Source of the DNA: Chloroflexota bacterium | GTDB lineage: Bacteria > Chloroflexota > Limnocylindria > QHBO01 | Direction: 5' to 3' | DNA length: 64,000 nucleotides | NCBI GenBank assembly: GCA_052388515.1 | Contig: JBQTHZ010000022.1 | Coordinates: forward strand, 25,102 to 89,101 | In this document: positions 19,180 through 31,431 of the stretch, piece by piece | How positions within the stretch are numbered: position 1 is the stretch's first letter | How the letters are laid out: each line of letters opens with the position of its first letter | Position numbers and translations under genes: made by a program | Notes under the pieces: model-generated | Databases searched by the model: none | Told to the model about the DNA's origin: nothing | What the model saw: only the letters and a program-made list of their open reading frames with translations

Positions 19180-19887
19180 ATGTCCCTTCACCCCAGCCAT
19201 CATCCGCTGGTCGCGCACAAGCTGGCCATCCTGCGCGACAAGACGACCGAGCCGAAGAAGTTCCGCGAGCTGGTTCGCGAGCTGACCTGGCTGCTCGGCT
19301 ACGAGGCCATGGCCGATCTCGCCACCCGCCCGGAGGTGATCGAGACACCCCTCGAGCCGATGACCGCCGCGCGCCTGGGGCCCAAGGTCGGGCTCATCCC
19401 GATCCTGCGCGCGGGGTTGGGCATGGTCGACGCCATGCTCGAGCTGCTGCCGACGGCTGAGGTGTGGCATATCGGCCTGTACCGTGACGAGCGGACGCTG
19501 AAGCCGGTGGAGTACTACAACAAGCTGCCCGATGCGGCCACCGTGCAGGTCTGCCTGATCCTGGACCCGATGCTCGCCACCGGCGGCTCTTCCGCCGCGA
19601 CCGTCGACATCCTCAAGGAGTGGGGCGCCGCCCGGATCAAGCAGGTGTCGCTCATCGCCGCTCCCGAGGGCGTTGCCACGCTCGCCGCGGCCCATCCCGA
19701 CGTCGACGTCCACGTCGGCGCACTCGACTCCCACCTCAACGAGCGCGGGTACATCGTCCCGGGCCTCGGCGATGCCGGGGATCGGCAGTTCGGCACGTTT
19801 GCCGGACCAGCATCGGAGCCAGGCCACGGCCCGGCCGACGAGACCGCCGAGGTCGTGCGACGACTCCAACGAGACCTGGAGCGCTAG
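19180..19887 (+). CDS. upp: Uracil phosphoribosyltransferase
   Basis: [21 protein letters not shown]-terminus. PRPP-binding [15 protein letters not shown]-terminal [16 protein letters not shown]. Confidence 0.9.
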   Translation: MSLHPSHHPLVAHKLAILRDKTTEPKKFRELVRELTWLLGYEAMADLATRPEVIETPLEPMTAARLGPKVGLIPILRAGLGMVDAMLELLPTAEVWHIGLYRDERTLKPVEYYNKLPDAATVQVCLILDPMLATGGSSAATVDILKEWGAARIKQVSLIAAPEGVATLAAAHPDVDVHVGALDSHLNERGYIVPGLGDAGDRQFGTFAGPASEPGHGPADETAEVVRRLQRDLER

Positions 19888-20250
19888 AGCCAGCGGCGAT
19901 CGACGCCTGAGCTGCGCCAGAGCGCATGGTTCGGGCCCGCCGAGCGTTCACCGATGGAGAGGATCACGCCGCCCGACGGATGCGGCTCGCGGTGCCGCGT
20001 CCATCGCGACCGATCGAGCGGGCATGGAAATGTCCCGAAGGAACCGCCGTCGGACCGTTGATGCAATCGCTGGTGCCGTTGGCTGCCCCTTCGGGACGAC
20101 AACAGGGTATCGGTCGTCGAATCGCGCGCGCAATCCCCCTTCTCCACGACCTTCGGGTCTTGATGGCAGGTTATCCACATCCTGTCCCCAATGGTGGACA
20201 GTGACCTGCCTTCACACCGCGTTGATGGTTGCGGCATAGAATCGGCGCAC

Positions 20251-20718
20251 ATGAGCACGAATCGGCAGCGCGTCATCTTCGTCTGCACCCACAACAGCGC
20301 CCGCAGCCAGATGGCGGAGGGTATGCTTCGCGCCTGGGGCGGTGATCGCTTCGAGGCATTCAGTGCCGGGACCGAGGCGACGCGCGTGCGGCCAGAGGCG
20401 GTCACCGTCATGGAAGAGATCGGGATTGACATCTCGAGCCACTCGAGCACGACCCTCGACCCGTACCTGGGCGAGGCGTTCAGCTGGCTGATCACCGTCT
20501 GCGACCAGGCGAAGGAGGCGTGCCCCACCATCCCCGGAGTTGCGCAGCAGGCTCACTGGAGCATCGACGATCCTTCCGCCGTTGACGGCGACGAGGAGAC
20601 GCGCCTGGCCGCCTTCCGTCTCGCGCGCGACGTCCTGCGGGATCGCCTCCGCACCTTCATGCTGGCGCCCGGTCGCGATGACCTGCCGCAGCCGGAGACG
20701 CAGCGCATCGGCGGCTGA
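20251..20718 (+). CDS. Low-molecular-weight phosphatase / ArsC (thioredoxin-coupled arsenate reductase) family protein
   Basis: CX5R P-loop VIFVCTHNSARSQMAEG. About 155 aa. Confidence 0.75.
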   Translation: MSTNRQRVIFVCTHNSARSQMAEGMLRAWGGDRFEAFSAGTEATRVRPEAVTVMEEIGIDISSHSSTTLDPYLGEAFSWLITVCDQAKEACPTIPGVAQQAHWSIDDPSAVDGDEETRLAAFRLARDVLRDRLRTFMLAPGRDDLPQPETQRIGG

Positions 20719-20740
20719 TCCGGCTGATACGCTGCCCGGA

Positions 20741-21268
20741 GTGAGCCGCCGCGTCGATGCATGCACCCACTGCGCAACCGCCGATGAGCAGCCGCTGGTC
20801 TGCGATCGATGCGGGTGGCGCTGGTACGCCAATCCGAAGCCGGCAGCCGCGGTTCTTCTCGAGCGCAACCCGGACGGCCCGGACCCCTCGGTCCTGCTCC
20901 TGCGCCGCGCCGTCGAGCCGGGGATCGGCGCCTGGGATCTCCCGGCCGGGTACCTCGATCCCGGCGAGTCCTTCGAGGATGCGGCACGCCGTGAAACGCT
21001 CGAGGAAGCCGGCATCCTCGTCGAGCTGGTCGCGTTGACTGGCGTCTATCATTCGCCGGGTGCCAACGCGGTGACGGCGGTCTACCGTGCGCGTGCGGCC
21101 GAGGCACGCCCAACGGTCCTGACCGACTTCGAGTCCAGCGACCACGCCTGGGTGCCGCGCTCTGCCGTCGATGACTGGCTCCCGCGTATCGCGTTCACAT
21201 CGATGGCGGCCGCCGTCGCAGATTGGGCGGCCGGCAGGCTGGGCGGCCCGCGGCCGGACGACCCGTGA
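20741..21268 (+). CDS. NUDIX hydrolase with N-terminal zinc ribbon (NudC-like layout)
   Basis: CTHC...CDRC zinc ribbon, then Nudix box GESFEDAARRETLEEAGI. Start assigned to the GTG at 20741 in the ORF frame; it is uncertain. Confidence 0.65.
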   Translation: MSRRVDACTHCATADEQPLVCDRCGWRWYANPKPAAAVLLERNPDGPDPSVLLLRRAVEPGIGAWDLPAGYLDPGESFEDAARRETLEEAGILVELVALTGVYHSPGANAVTAVYRARAAEARPTVLTDFESSDHAWVPRSAVDDWLPRIAFTSMAAAVADWAAGRLGGPRPDDP

Positions 21269-21310
21269 GGCTGCGCTACACTCACGCCGACCCAAGCTGA
21301 CAGGAGACCG

Positions 21311-22302
21311 ATGCCCGACTCCCCCGTGACGGTGGCCGTCACCGGTGCCGCCGGCCAGATCGGCTATGCGCTCCTCTTTCGGATCGCCTCCGGCCATGCG
21401 TTCGGACCCGACACGCCCGTGCGGCTCCGTCTGCTCGAGCTCGAAGCCGCCCTGCCGGCCCTCGACGGCGTTCGGATGGAGCTCGATGACTGCGCGTTCC
21501 CCCTGCTCGATGGCGTGGTCTGCACGTCCGCGACCGATGAGGCCTTCCGTGGCGCCAACTGGTCGATCCTGGTGGGCGCCGTTCCGCGCAGGGAAGGCAT
21601 GGAGCGCAAGGATCTGCTGAGCATCAATGGCGGCATCTTCACCGGCCAGGGAGAGGCGATCGCCCGCAATGCCTCCGACGACTGCCGCGTGCTCGTGGTC
21701 GGCAACCCGTGCAACACGAATGCGCTGATCGGGTCGACCGCGGCGGCTCGTCACGGCATGCCGAAGGACCGGTGGTTCGCGATGACCATGCTCGATGAGA
21801 ATCGCGGCCGGTCCCAGCTGGCGGCACGGGCGGCTGTGCCGGTGAGCGACGTCCGCGACCTCGCCATCTGGGGCAACCACTCATCGACCCAGTTTCCGGA
21901 CGCCTGGCACGCGACCATCGGCGGCAGTCCGGCCCCGGACGTCATCGACGACGAGGAGTGGCTGCGCGGCGAGTTCATTGCCAGCGTCCAGCAGCGAGGA
22001 GCTGCAATCATCAAGGCGCGTGGGCAGTCGAGCGCCGCCAGTGCGGCCAACGCGGTGATCGACACGGTGCGCAGCATCGCGCGCCCGACCGGAGCGCTGT
22101 TCAGCGCCGCCATCCCGGCGCCGGCGCCTGGCGGCTATGACGTTCCCGCGGGCCTGGTGTTCGGATATCCGCTGCGCGCCACGGATCCCGGAGCGGTCGA
22201 GGTCATGCAGGGCATCCAGCACGACGCGTTCGCGCGCTCGATGATCGAGGCCACCACCAACGAGCTGCTCGAGGAGCGTGGAGCGATCGAGGAGCTCCTG
22301 GC

Positions 22303-22306
<4 letters not shown>
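21311..22306 (+). CDS. mdh: Malate dehydrogenase
   Basis: [24 protein letters not shown]-binding N-terminus. MTMLDENRG and [11 protein letters not shown] are MDH signatures. Confidence 0.9.
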
Positions 22307-23607
<1,301 letters not shown>

Positions 23608-24024
23608 ATGGGAGACGATCATGCCATCGAGGCTGATGCCGCACTGACACCGGACGAGGTGAATGCCGCCTATGCCTGGGTCGGGTGGCCGCAGCGCGAA
23701 GGATGGCGACTCGACGCCATCGCGAAGAGCTGCACATGGTTCGCTTCGCGCTGGGAGGGCGAGCTGATCGGAATTGCACGCATCCTCGATGACGGTGGGC
23801 TGCACGCCAGCCTGTGGGATGTCATCGTGCGCCCCGACCACCAGCGGCAAGGCGTCGGGTCCGCGCTCGCGCGGGCCGCCCTAGCCCGCTGCCTGGACCG
23901 GCGAATCGTGGCGATCGTGAGCACGCCCGCGGCGGTCGCGTTCTTCGATAGACTCGGCTTCGCCAGCGAGTCGCATGGCCACGCTGCGATGTACATTCGG
24001 CCGCTCGCCGGCGGTCCCCACTGA
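23608..24024 (+). CDS. GNAT family N-acetyltransferase
   Basis: Acetyl-CoA motif RQGVGSALARAA. About 138 aa. Confidence 0.7.
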   Translation: MGDDHAIEADAALTPDEVNAAYAWVGWPQREGWRLDAIAKSCTWFASRWEGELIGIARILDDGGLHASLWDVIVRPDHQRQGVGSALARAALARCLDRRIVAIVSTPAAVAFFDRLGFASESHGHAAMYIRPLAGGPH

Positions 24025-24027
24025 CCG

Positions 24028-24795
24028 ATGCGCCTCACCGTGCTCGGCCGCTCACCGGCCCGTCCGAACCCGGGCGAGGCCTGCGCCGGCTATCTCGTCG
24101 AGGGCGAGGGCGCACGACTCCTCCTGGACATCGGTCCCGGCATCGTTGCGCAGCTGCTGCATCGCCACCACCCGGATGATCTCGACGCGGTCATCGTCAG
24201 CCACATGCATGCCGACCACATGCTCGATCTTGTCACCCTCCGCTACGTCTACCCGTGGCGTCGCCTCGCGCCGGGCGAGCGGTTGCGGGTTGTGCTTCCG
24301 CCCGGATCCGCGGATCAGCTGCTCGACCTGGCGAAGGGCGTCGGGGGCGCGAAGCACTTCGAGGACGCATTTCAGCTGAGCGAGCATGACGGGCGCACCC
24401 CGTTCCGCTTTGGCTCCCTGACGATCACACCGCGCGCGACACAGCACTACATCCCTTGCTGGGGGTTTCGCGTCGAGGGCGACGAACGCCGGCTTGCATA
24501 TACCGCCGATACGGCTCCCTGCGGGGGCCTCACCGATCTCGCTGATGCCGCCGACCTGCTCCTCAGCGAGGCCACGCTGCGCTCAATCGAAGAGGACGCG
24601 CAACCGCCCGAGCCGCGGGGACACCTGACCCCCGCCGAAGCCGGCAGCGCCGGCCGCGATGCCGGCGCCCGACGCCTGGTGCTCACTCACCTGCCGGTCA
24701 ACGGCGACGATGCGAACTGGGCGCTCACCGCCGCTGCCGATGCGTTCGGCTCGGATGTCGAAGTCGCCGTTCCGTCGAGCACCTACGATATCTGA
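24028..24795 (+). CDS. MBL-fold metallo-hydrolase
   Basis: HxHxDH motif SHMHADHM, plus downstream His/Asp ligands. Confidence 0.75.
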   Translation: MRLTVLGRSPARPNPGEACAGYLVEGEGARLLLDIGPGIVAQLLHRHHPDDLDAVIVSHMHADHMLDLVTLRYVYPWRRLAPGERLRVVLPPGSADQLLDLAKGVGGAKHFEDAFQLSEHDGRTPFRFGSLTITPRATQHYIPCWGFRVEGDERRLAYTADTAPCGGLTDLADAADLLLSEATLRSIEEDAQPPEPRGHLTPAEAGSAGRDAGARRLVLTHLPVNGDDANWALTAAADAFGSDVEVAVPSSTYDI

Positions 24796-24800
24796 ACAAC

Positions 24801-25004
24801 TCAGCTCGAGCCCAGGAGCTCAACGAGCTCGGCCAGCTCCTGGGTCCAGCCCTGTTCGTTTTCCGACCGATGTGTCTCGCGCCGGAAGCCGGACTCGCGC
24901 AGCCGCAGCGTCGTCCCGCCGTCGGCGCCACGCTCGACCCACCACTCCACCAGCGTCGCCGATTCGGCCACATTTCCCAAGGAGGCTATTGCCGTGCGCC
25001 GCAA
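24801..25004 (-). pseudogene. Orphan C-terminal fragment resembling the end of an SRPBCC/AHSA1-domain protein
   Basis: A 67-aa ORF ending ...ENEQGWTQELAELVELLGSS looks like the C-terminus of AHSA1-type proteins, but there is no N-terminal half. Upstream of it lies an AT-richer patch with the palindrome gatatatc. Confidence 0.3.
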
Positions 25005-25132
25005 AGCGCTGATTCGTGAGCGCGGCTCCCATCAGCGGATATATCGTTACTGATATGTCGGCCGAACGGGACGAGCCTCGCCCCGACCGCTGGGTGCCGA
25101 CGTGGGTAACGGCCATGCGAACCGCACCTGGC

Positions 25133-25662
25133 TCAGTCGGAGACAGGGTCGTCCGTCACCCGAGCTCGAGCGATCCATCGGTCCGCCGACCAGGTCGCCA
25201 GCGCCCAGACCAGCGAGACGACGATGGCCACCAGGGCCATCAGACCTGCAGCGGCGAGTGCACCGGTTCCGGGAAGGGCTCCGGCCATGACGAGCGTGGC
25301 AAGCAGGACGACGGCCAGCACGATGGCGACCATCACCAGCGCGATCTTCATCGCGGTCACGGCGAACCAGCGCAGGGAGTGGCCCTGCGCGCGACCGGCG
25401 AGCCAGAGGACGCAGGGTCCGGCGGCGCCCGCCAGCGAGGTGTAGATCCCGAACCCACTGAACAGCGAGCCGATGCCGAGCCGCTCGCCTGCCACCATCA
25501 ACACGAAGAGCCAGACCGCGAGCAGCGTTGACAGCGCCCCGACACCGACCAGCCAGACGAGGAGCAGGGTGGCGGTCCCGCCGGAAAGCCGCTCGACCAG
25601 CTCGCCACTCTCCGTTTCGACCAGTTCCGTCGGCCCGTCGCGCTGCTCGGGCGGACCGCTCA
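25133..25662 (-). CDS. Hypothetical 4-TM membrane protein, translationally coupled to the upstream PLP enzyme
   Basis: ATG at 25662 overlaps the TGA of the cystathionine lyase gene (ATGA). Four hydrophobic helices. The ORF-track N-terminal extension is discarded. Confidence 0.55.
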
Positions 25663-26814
25663 TGATGCCGATGCGGTGAAGGCCGCCTCCAGGTCGGCAC
25701 GCAGGTCGTCCACCGCCTCGATCCCGACGCTCAGCCGCACCAGGGAGGCCGGCACGGCGAGCGGCGAGCCTGCCACGGATGCGTGGGTCATCGGTGCCGG
25801 CACCTCGATGAGGGACTCGACCGCACCGAGGGACTCGGCCAGGGTGAAGAGCCGCGTTGCAGCCGCGAACCGGCGCGCGCGCTCCTCGCCGTCGCGCAGC
25901 TCGAAACTGAGCATGGCGCCCGGCACGCGCATCTGCCGCGCAACGAGATCGGCGGAAGGCTCGTCCGGAAGCCCCGGATAGTGCACGGATCTCACCTCGG
26001 GACGATCCGACAACCAGAGCGCCAGCACCAGCGCATTGGCCGATGCGCGCTCCATGCGCAGCGCGAGGGTCCGCATGCCGCGCATGACGAGGAAGCAGTC
26101 GAACGGGCTGGGCACTGCCCCGGCCGCGTTCTGGTGGAAGCGCAGCTTCTCCGCCAGGTCGTCCGAACGCGTGGCGATGAGGCCGCCGATGACGTCGGAG
26201 TGGCCGCCGAGATACTTCGTGGCCGAGTGCAGTGCCACGTCGGCGCCCAGGTCCAGCGGACGCTGGATGTAGGGCGTGGCGAACGTGTTGTCCGCGACGG
26301 TGATGGCGCCGGCCACGGCGGCAAGGCGCGCAACGGCGCTGATGTCGATCACCTTCAGCAGCGGATTCGACGGCGTCTCGATCCAAACCATCCGTGGCGG
26401 GTGCTCGCCACCGAATGCAGCCGCGACGGCATCGAGGTCGCGGAGGTCGAGCGTATCGGTCTCGATCCCGTATCGGCGCCAGACCTTGTCGGCAAGGCGC
26501 CAGGTGCCGCCATACACGTCGTCGCTCATGAGCAGCCGATCGCCCGGGTCGAGCAGGTAGAGCACGTTCTGCGTTGCGGCCAGGCCGGAGGCGTACGCCA
26601 GGCCATGAGCGGCGCCCTCGAGATCGGCGATCGCCCGCTCGAGCGCGATGCGCGTCGGATTCCCGCTGCGTCCGTACTCGAAGCCGGACCGCAGCACACC
26701 CACGCCGTCCTGCTTGAAGGTGGTGCTCATCTGGATGGCGGGCACCACGGCGCCGGTGTGGGGATCGGGCGCTGCGCCGGCATGCACCGCCAGCGTCTCG
26801 AAGCGGTCAGTCAT
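25660..26814 (-). CDS. Cystathionine gamma-lyase / gamma-synthase family PLP enzyme (Cys/Met metabolism)
   Basis: MTDRFETLAVHAG N-terminus and PLP-lysine region ...HSATKYLGGHSD. Confidence 0.85.
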   Translation of the reverse strand: MTDRFETLAVHAGAAPDPHTGAVVPAIQMSTTFKQDGVGVLRSGFEYGRSGNPTRIALERAIADLEGAAHGLAYASGLAATQNVLYLLDPGDRLLMSDDVYGGTWRLADKVWRRYGIETDTLDLRDLDAVAAAFGGEHPPRMVWIETPSNPLLKVIDISAVARLAAVAGAITVADNTFATPYIQRPLDLGADVALHSATKYLGGHSDVIGGLIATRSDDLAEKLRFHQNAAGAVPSPFDCFLVMRGMRTLALRMERASANALVLALWLSDRPEVRSVHYPGLPDEPSADLVARQMRVPGAMLSFELRDGEERARRFAAATRLFTLAESLGAVESLIEVPAPMTHASVAGSPLAVPASLVRLSVGIEAVDDLRADLEAAFTASAS

Positions 26815-26848
26815 CTGGCCCGCATTCTGACACCGATGGCGCCCAGCC

Positions 26849-27274
26849 TCACCCGGTGGGAGATTCGGATGCGATCGGCTCCGCCGGCGTTGCATGGGGG
26901 CTCGCCTGCCACACGCGCCAGGCGTCGCGGGCCAACCAGACGGCGATGAGCAGGATGAGGAAGCCGTTCACCGGGTGGAGCGCAGCGATGGCCGGAACCG
27001 AGTCCCGCTGAAAGACGAGGATGGATTGGAGGATGAACTGGCCGGCCATGACCGCCGCTGCGATCGCCTGCCATCGGCCGAACCGTCCGACCAGGGCGGT
27101 CACGAACAGGACGACAGGCACCAGCGTCAGCAGATAGCCGACGTCCCGGTGCGTCACGAACGCCGAGGCTCCGGAAAAGATGCCCATGCCGGCCAGGAAG
27201 ACCTGGTAGAGCAGGCCGATGACGAAGAGCCAGGCGACGACGAGGTGGATCGGGCGCGCGATGCGCTTGGCCAT
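26849..27274 (-). CDS. Hypothetical small membrane protein (4 TM)
   Basis: Hydrophobic 141-aa ORF between mmsA and the lyase on the same strand. Confidence 0.5.
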   Translation of the reverse strand: MAKRIARPIHLVVAWLFVIGLLYQVFLAGMGIFSGASAFVTHRDVGYLLTLVPVVLFVTALVGRFGRWQAIAAAVMAGQFILQSILVFQRDSVPAIAALHPVNGFLILLIAVWLARDAWRVWQASPHATPAEPIASESPTG

Positions 27275-27280
27275 CTCGCC

Positions 27281-28825
<1,545 letters not shown>

Positions 28826-28888
28826 GACGCTCCTCGTGTGCGCGTTCGGTACTGAGCTGAGAGCCTCAACGATACTCCGCGCACGCCA

Positions 28889-29140
28889 ATGCGTCAGCAG
28901 GCCTGGGTCTTCAACCCGACCCGTGGCACGACTTCTGCCGACCCGTGCGGCATGATCGAACAAGAGCGCTCCCAGCCAGACACACCGCCGATCGACGAGT
29001 CCACCTACGGGGGCAGCGCGGCCGAGACCGGCGGCCTCTACGACGACGCCGGCGCCACGACCGCCAATCGCGAGGGCGACACGATGTCCGAGGCCGAGGA
29101 GGAGGACGGCCGCCCACCCGAGGCACCCTCGGACGGCTGA
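28889..29140 (+). CDS. Small acidic hypothetical protein
   Basis: 83-aa ORF (60 aa if started at MIEQERSQPD), very D/E-rich. Loosely resembles the DTEGH-repeat mini-protein at 63421-63639. Confidence 0.35.
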   Translation: MRQQAWVFNPTRGTTSADPCGMIEQERSQPDTPPIDESTYGGSAAETGGLYDDAGATTANREGDTMSEAEEEDGRPPEAPSDG

Positions 29141-29212
29141 CCTACCAGTCATCGGCATCGCTGCCGTCGCCATCGTGCTCCCCGGGGGAAGGCGCGCCGG
29201 GCCGTGGCCCGA

Positions 29213-29295
29213 GGCTTCCTCCCGCGCCGTTGCGCCGTTGCCCGGGGCTCCTCCTCCCGCGCCGTCGCCCGGGGCTCCTCCTCCCGCGCCGTTGC
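29213..29295. repeat. Tandem 27-bp direct repeat, two full copies plus one degenerate copy
   Basis: ccggggctcctcctcccgcgccgt(c/t)gc at 29242-29268 and 29269-29295. A partial copy lies just upstream. Confidence 0.75.
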
Positions 29296-29403
29296 CGGCG
29301 GAGCAACTATCGGCGATTCAGCATCCGAAACCGCTCCCCGCGCCGTCGCACGTTGCTCCCGTGGCAACCCCCGACGACGGAGCGCTTCCTCAGTCGCAGT
29401 TAG

Positions 29404-29420
29404 TTGCCACATTGGCAACA
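29404..29420. promoter_or_regulatory. 17-bp perfect palindrome gttgcca-cat-tggcaac, candidate regulator operator
   Basis: Directly visible. An extra half-site tggcaac lies at about 29364. Confidence 0.4.
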
Positions 29421-29474
29421 TGTTCCGCGGCGTCATTGCCGGACGAAGCCACGTCAGTGGCGGACGAGGCTACG

Positions 29475-30494
29475 TCAGCGCCCGGGGATGTCCGCGCCGC
29501 GCAACACGACCTCGGCGCGGGTCGTGCGCCAGTCGTAGTCCGTGACCTGGTCCCGCGCCGCGAGCAGGCCCTGCGCGCGCAGCCAGTCGTCCGAGTACAG
29601 CTTGCCGACATAGTTGTGACCCGAATCCGGCAGCAGGACGACGAACAGGGCATCCGAATCGTCCACGTCCCGGGCAACCTGGAGCGCCGCCCAGAGTGCC
29701 GTGCCACACGACTCACCCATGAGGATTCCCTCGGCGGCCGTGGCGGCACGGGCGGTCAGCATCGAGTCGCGGTCTGTCACGCGGACGACGACGTCGCACA
29801 CCCCGGTGTCGTACGTGGTGGGCCAGAAGTCCTCGCCGATGCCCTCGGTGAGGTAGGGCCCTGGAGTGTCGCCCGAGTAGACGGAGCCTTCCGGATCGGC
29901 GCCGACGATCACGACTTCGGCGTTGCGCTCCTTCAGGTAGCGACCGGCCCCGGAGACCGTCCCTCCCGTCCCGAGGGCGACCACGAGATGCGTGACCAGC
30001 CCATCGGTCGCGTCCCAGATCTCCGGGCCAGTGGTGACGTAATGGGCCTCGGGGTTTGCAGGGTTCGAGTACTGGTCGGGCTTCCACGCACCCGGCGTCT
30101 CGCGCGCCAGCCGATCCGAGACCCGGTAGTACGAGCGCTCGTCCGATGGCTCCACATCGGTCGGGCACACGACGACCTCCGCGCCGTAGGCCCGCAGGAG
30201 CGCGCGCTTCTCCTCCGACTGCTTATCGGCCATGACGAAGATGCAGCGATAACCCTTCACCGCCGCGGCCTGCGCAAGGCCGATACCCGTGTTGCCGCTC
30301 GTCGGCTCCACGATCACGCCGCCCGGCCGGAGCACGCCCGCTCGTTCGGCCGCCTCGATCATGGGCAGCGCGATCCGGTCCTTGACCGATCCGCCCGGGT
30401 TCATGTGCTCCAGCTTTGCGACGATCCGCGGTCGCACGTCCGCCGCCAGCCGATCCAACGCCACCAGCGGCGTCGTGCCGACCGAGGCGGTCAC
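29475..30494 (-). CDS. Cysteine synthase / cystathionine beta-synthase family PLP enzyme (CysK-like paralog)
   Basis: PLP-lysine motif NPGGSVKDR, glycine loop SGNTG and GTGGT. Start probably the GTG at 30494, 25 nt after the lgt stop. The ORF-track start at 30566 overlaps lgt by 46 nt. Confidence 0.75.
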   Translation of the reverse strand: MTASVGTTPLVALDRLAADVRPRIVAKLEHMNPGGSVKDRIALPMIEAAERAGVLRPGGVIVEPTSGNTGIGLAQAAAVKGYRCIFVMADKQSEEKRALLRAYGAEVVVCPTDVEPSDERSYYRVSDRLARETPGAWKPDQYSNPANPEAHYVTTGPEIWDATDGLVTHLVVALGTGGTVSGAGRYLKERNAEVVIVGADPEGSVYSGDTPGPYLTEGIGEDFWPTTYDTGVCDVVVRVTDRDSMLTARAATAAEGILMGESCGTALWAALQVARDVDDSDALFVVLLPDSGHNYVGKLYSDDWLRAQGLLAARDQVTDYDWRTTRAEVVLRGADIPGR

Positions 30495-30519
30495 ATCGGG
30501 CAGGATCCCGCCCGGTCGA

Positions 30520-31422
30520 TCAGCCAGCGCTTGCCTCCGGGTGCGGTTGCGATGCCGTCGAGGCATCGGGCTCGCGCTCCGCGGCGGGTTTGATCATCGG
30601 CGAGCCCCAGCCGCGGCGGTGCCGGTAGAAGAGCCAGGCCCCTGCGGCAACGAAGCCGATGAGTCCCACCCACATCGCGGTGGGGACGCCGAGGATCGTC
30701 CAGTTGTTGACACGATAGGTCTCGAGGACGGTCCTCACGGCGCCGTACCACATGATGTACATCAGGGCGGCGTCGCCGGCGAAGAGGCGCGGGCCGAAGC
30801 GGCGGATGGCGAACAGGATGACCAGCATACCGATGAAGTTCAGCGCCATCTCGTACGCGAAGAGCGGTACGAAGGTCGTGGTCTCGACCGGGTAGGTCAC
30901 CGCGTCCCACGGGGTGCCGCCGCGGTGCGCGGCATCGATCTGGACCCCGAACGGCAGGCAGGGCGGAAAGTCCACGCCGCACAGCGAGGTGGGCGGGCCG
31001 TACAGCTCCTGGTTGACGAAGTTTCCCAGGCGGCCGATGACCTGGCCGAGCAGCGCGGCCGGCGCGAAGACGTCGAGCCAGCGAGCCGCGTTGATCCCCT
31101 TCGACCGTGTGGAGAGCCAGATACCGGCTGCGCCACCAGCGAGGGCTCCGGGGATGCCGATGCCCCCGTTCCAGATCTGCACGATCTCGGCGGGGTTGGC
31201 GCTGTAGTAGTCCCACAGGTGGATGACGTGATAGATCCGGGCGCCGATGACGCCGGTGATCACGACCAGCAGCAGCATCGACCAGCCGTCCTCGGGGTTC
31301 TCGCCGAGCCACGTGGCAACCCGCGCCCCGAGCACTGCCGAGATGAGCACCGCGCTGGCGATGATGATCCCGTACCAATGCAGCTGGAGCGGGCCGATCT
31401 CGAATGCGATGGGGTCGATCAC
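30520..31422 (-). CDS. lgt: Prolipoprotein diacylglyceryl transferase
   Basis: Lgt signature GRLGNFVNQELYG and about 7 TM helices. Confidence 0.9.
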   Translation of the reverse strand: MIDPIAFEIGPLQLHWYGIIIASAVLISAVLGARVATWLGENPEDGWSMLLLVVITGVIGARIYHVIHLWDYYSANPAEIVQIWNGGIGIPGALAGGAAGIWLSTRSKGINAARWLDVFAPAALLGQVIGRLGNFVNQELYGPPTSLCGVDFPPCLPFGVQIDAAHRGGTPWDAVTYPVETTTFVPLFAYEMALNFIGMLVILFAIRRFGPRLFAGDAALMYIMWYGAVRTVLETYRVNNWTILGVPTAMWVGLIGFVAAGAWLFYRHRRGWGSPMIKPAAEREPDASTASQPHPEASAG

Positions 31423-31431
31423 CCGGGGATT

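Noticed and set aside
20100-20130. tRNA-like T-loop resemblance (gtcgtcgaatcgcgc)
   Set aside because: No acceptor stem, anticodon arm or CCA context could be built around it. I found no other tRNA-like sequence in the window's short intergenic spacers, though no covariance-model scan was run.
19884-20531. 215-aa minus-strand ORF covering the upp-arsC intergenic region and the arsC-like gene
   Set aside because: Overlaps a clear CX5R phosphatase gene on the other strand. Composition is junk-like. The region is better explained as a structured non-coding leader.
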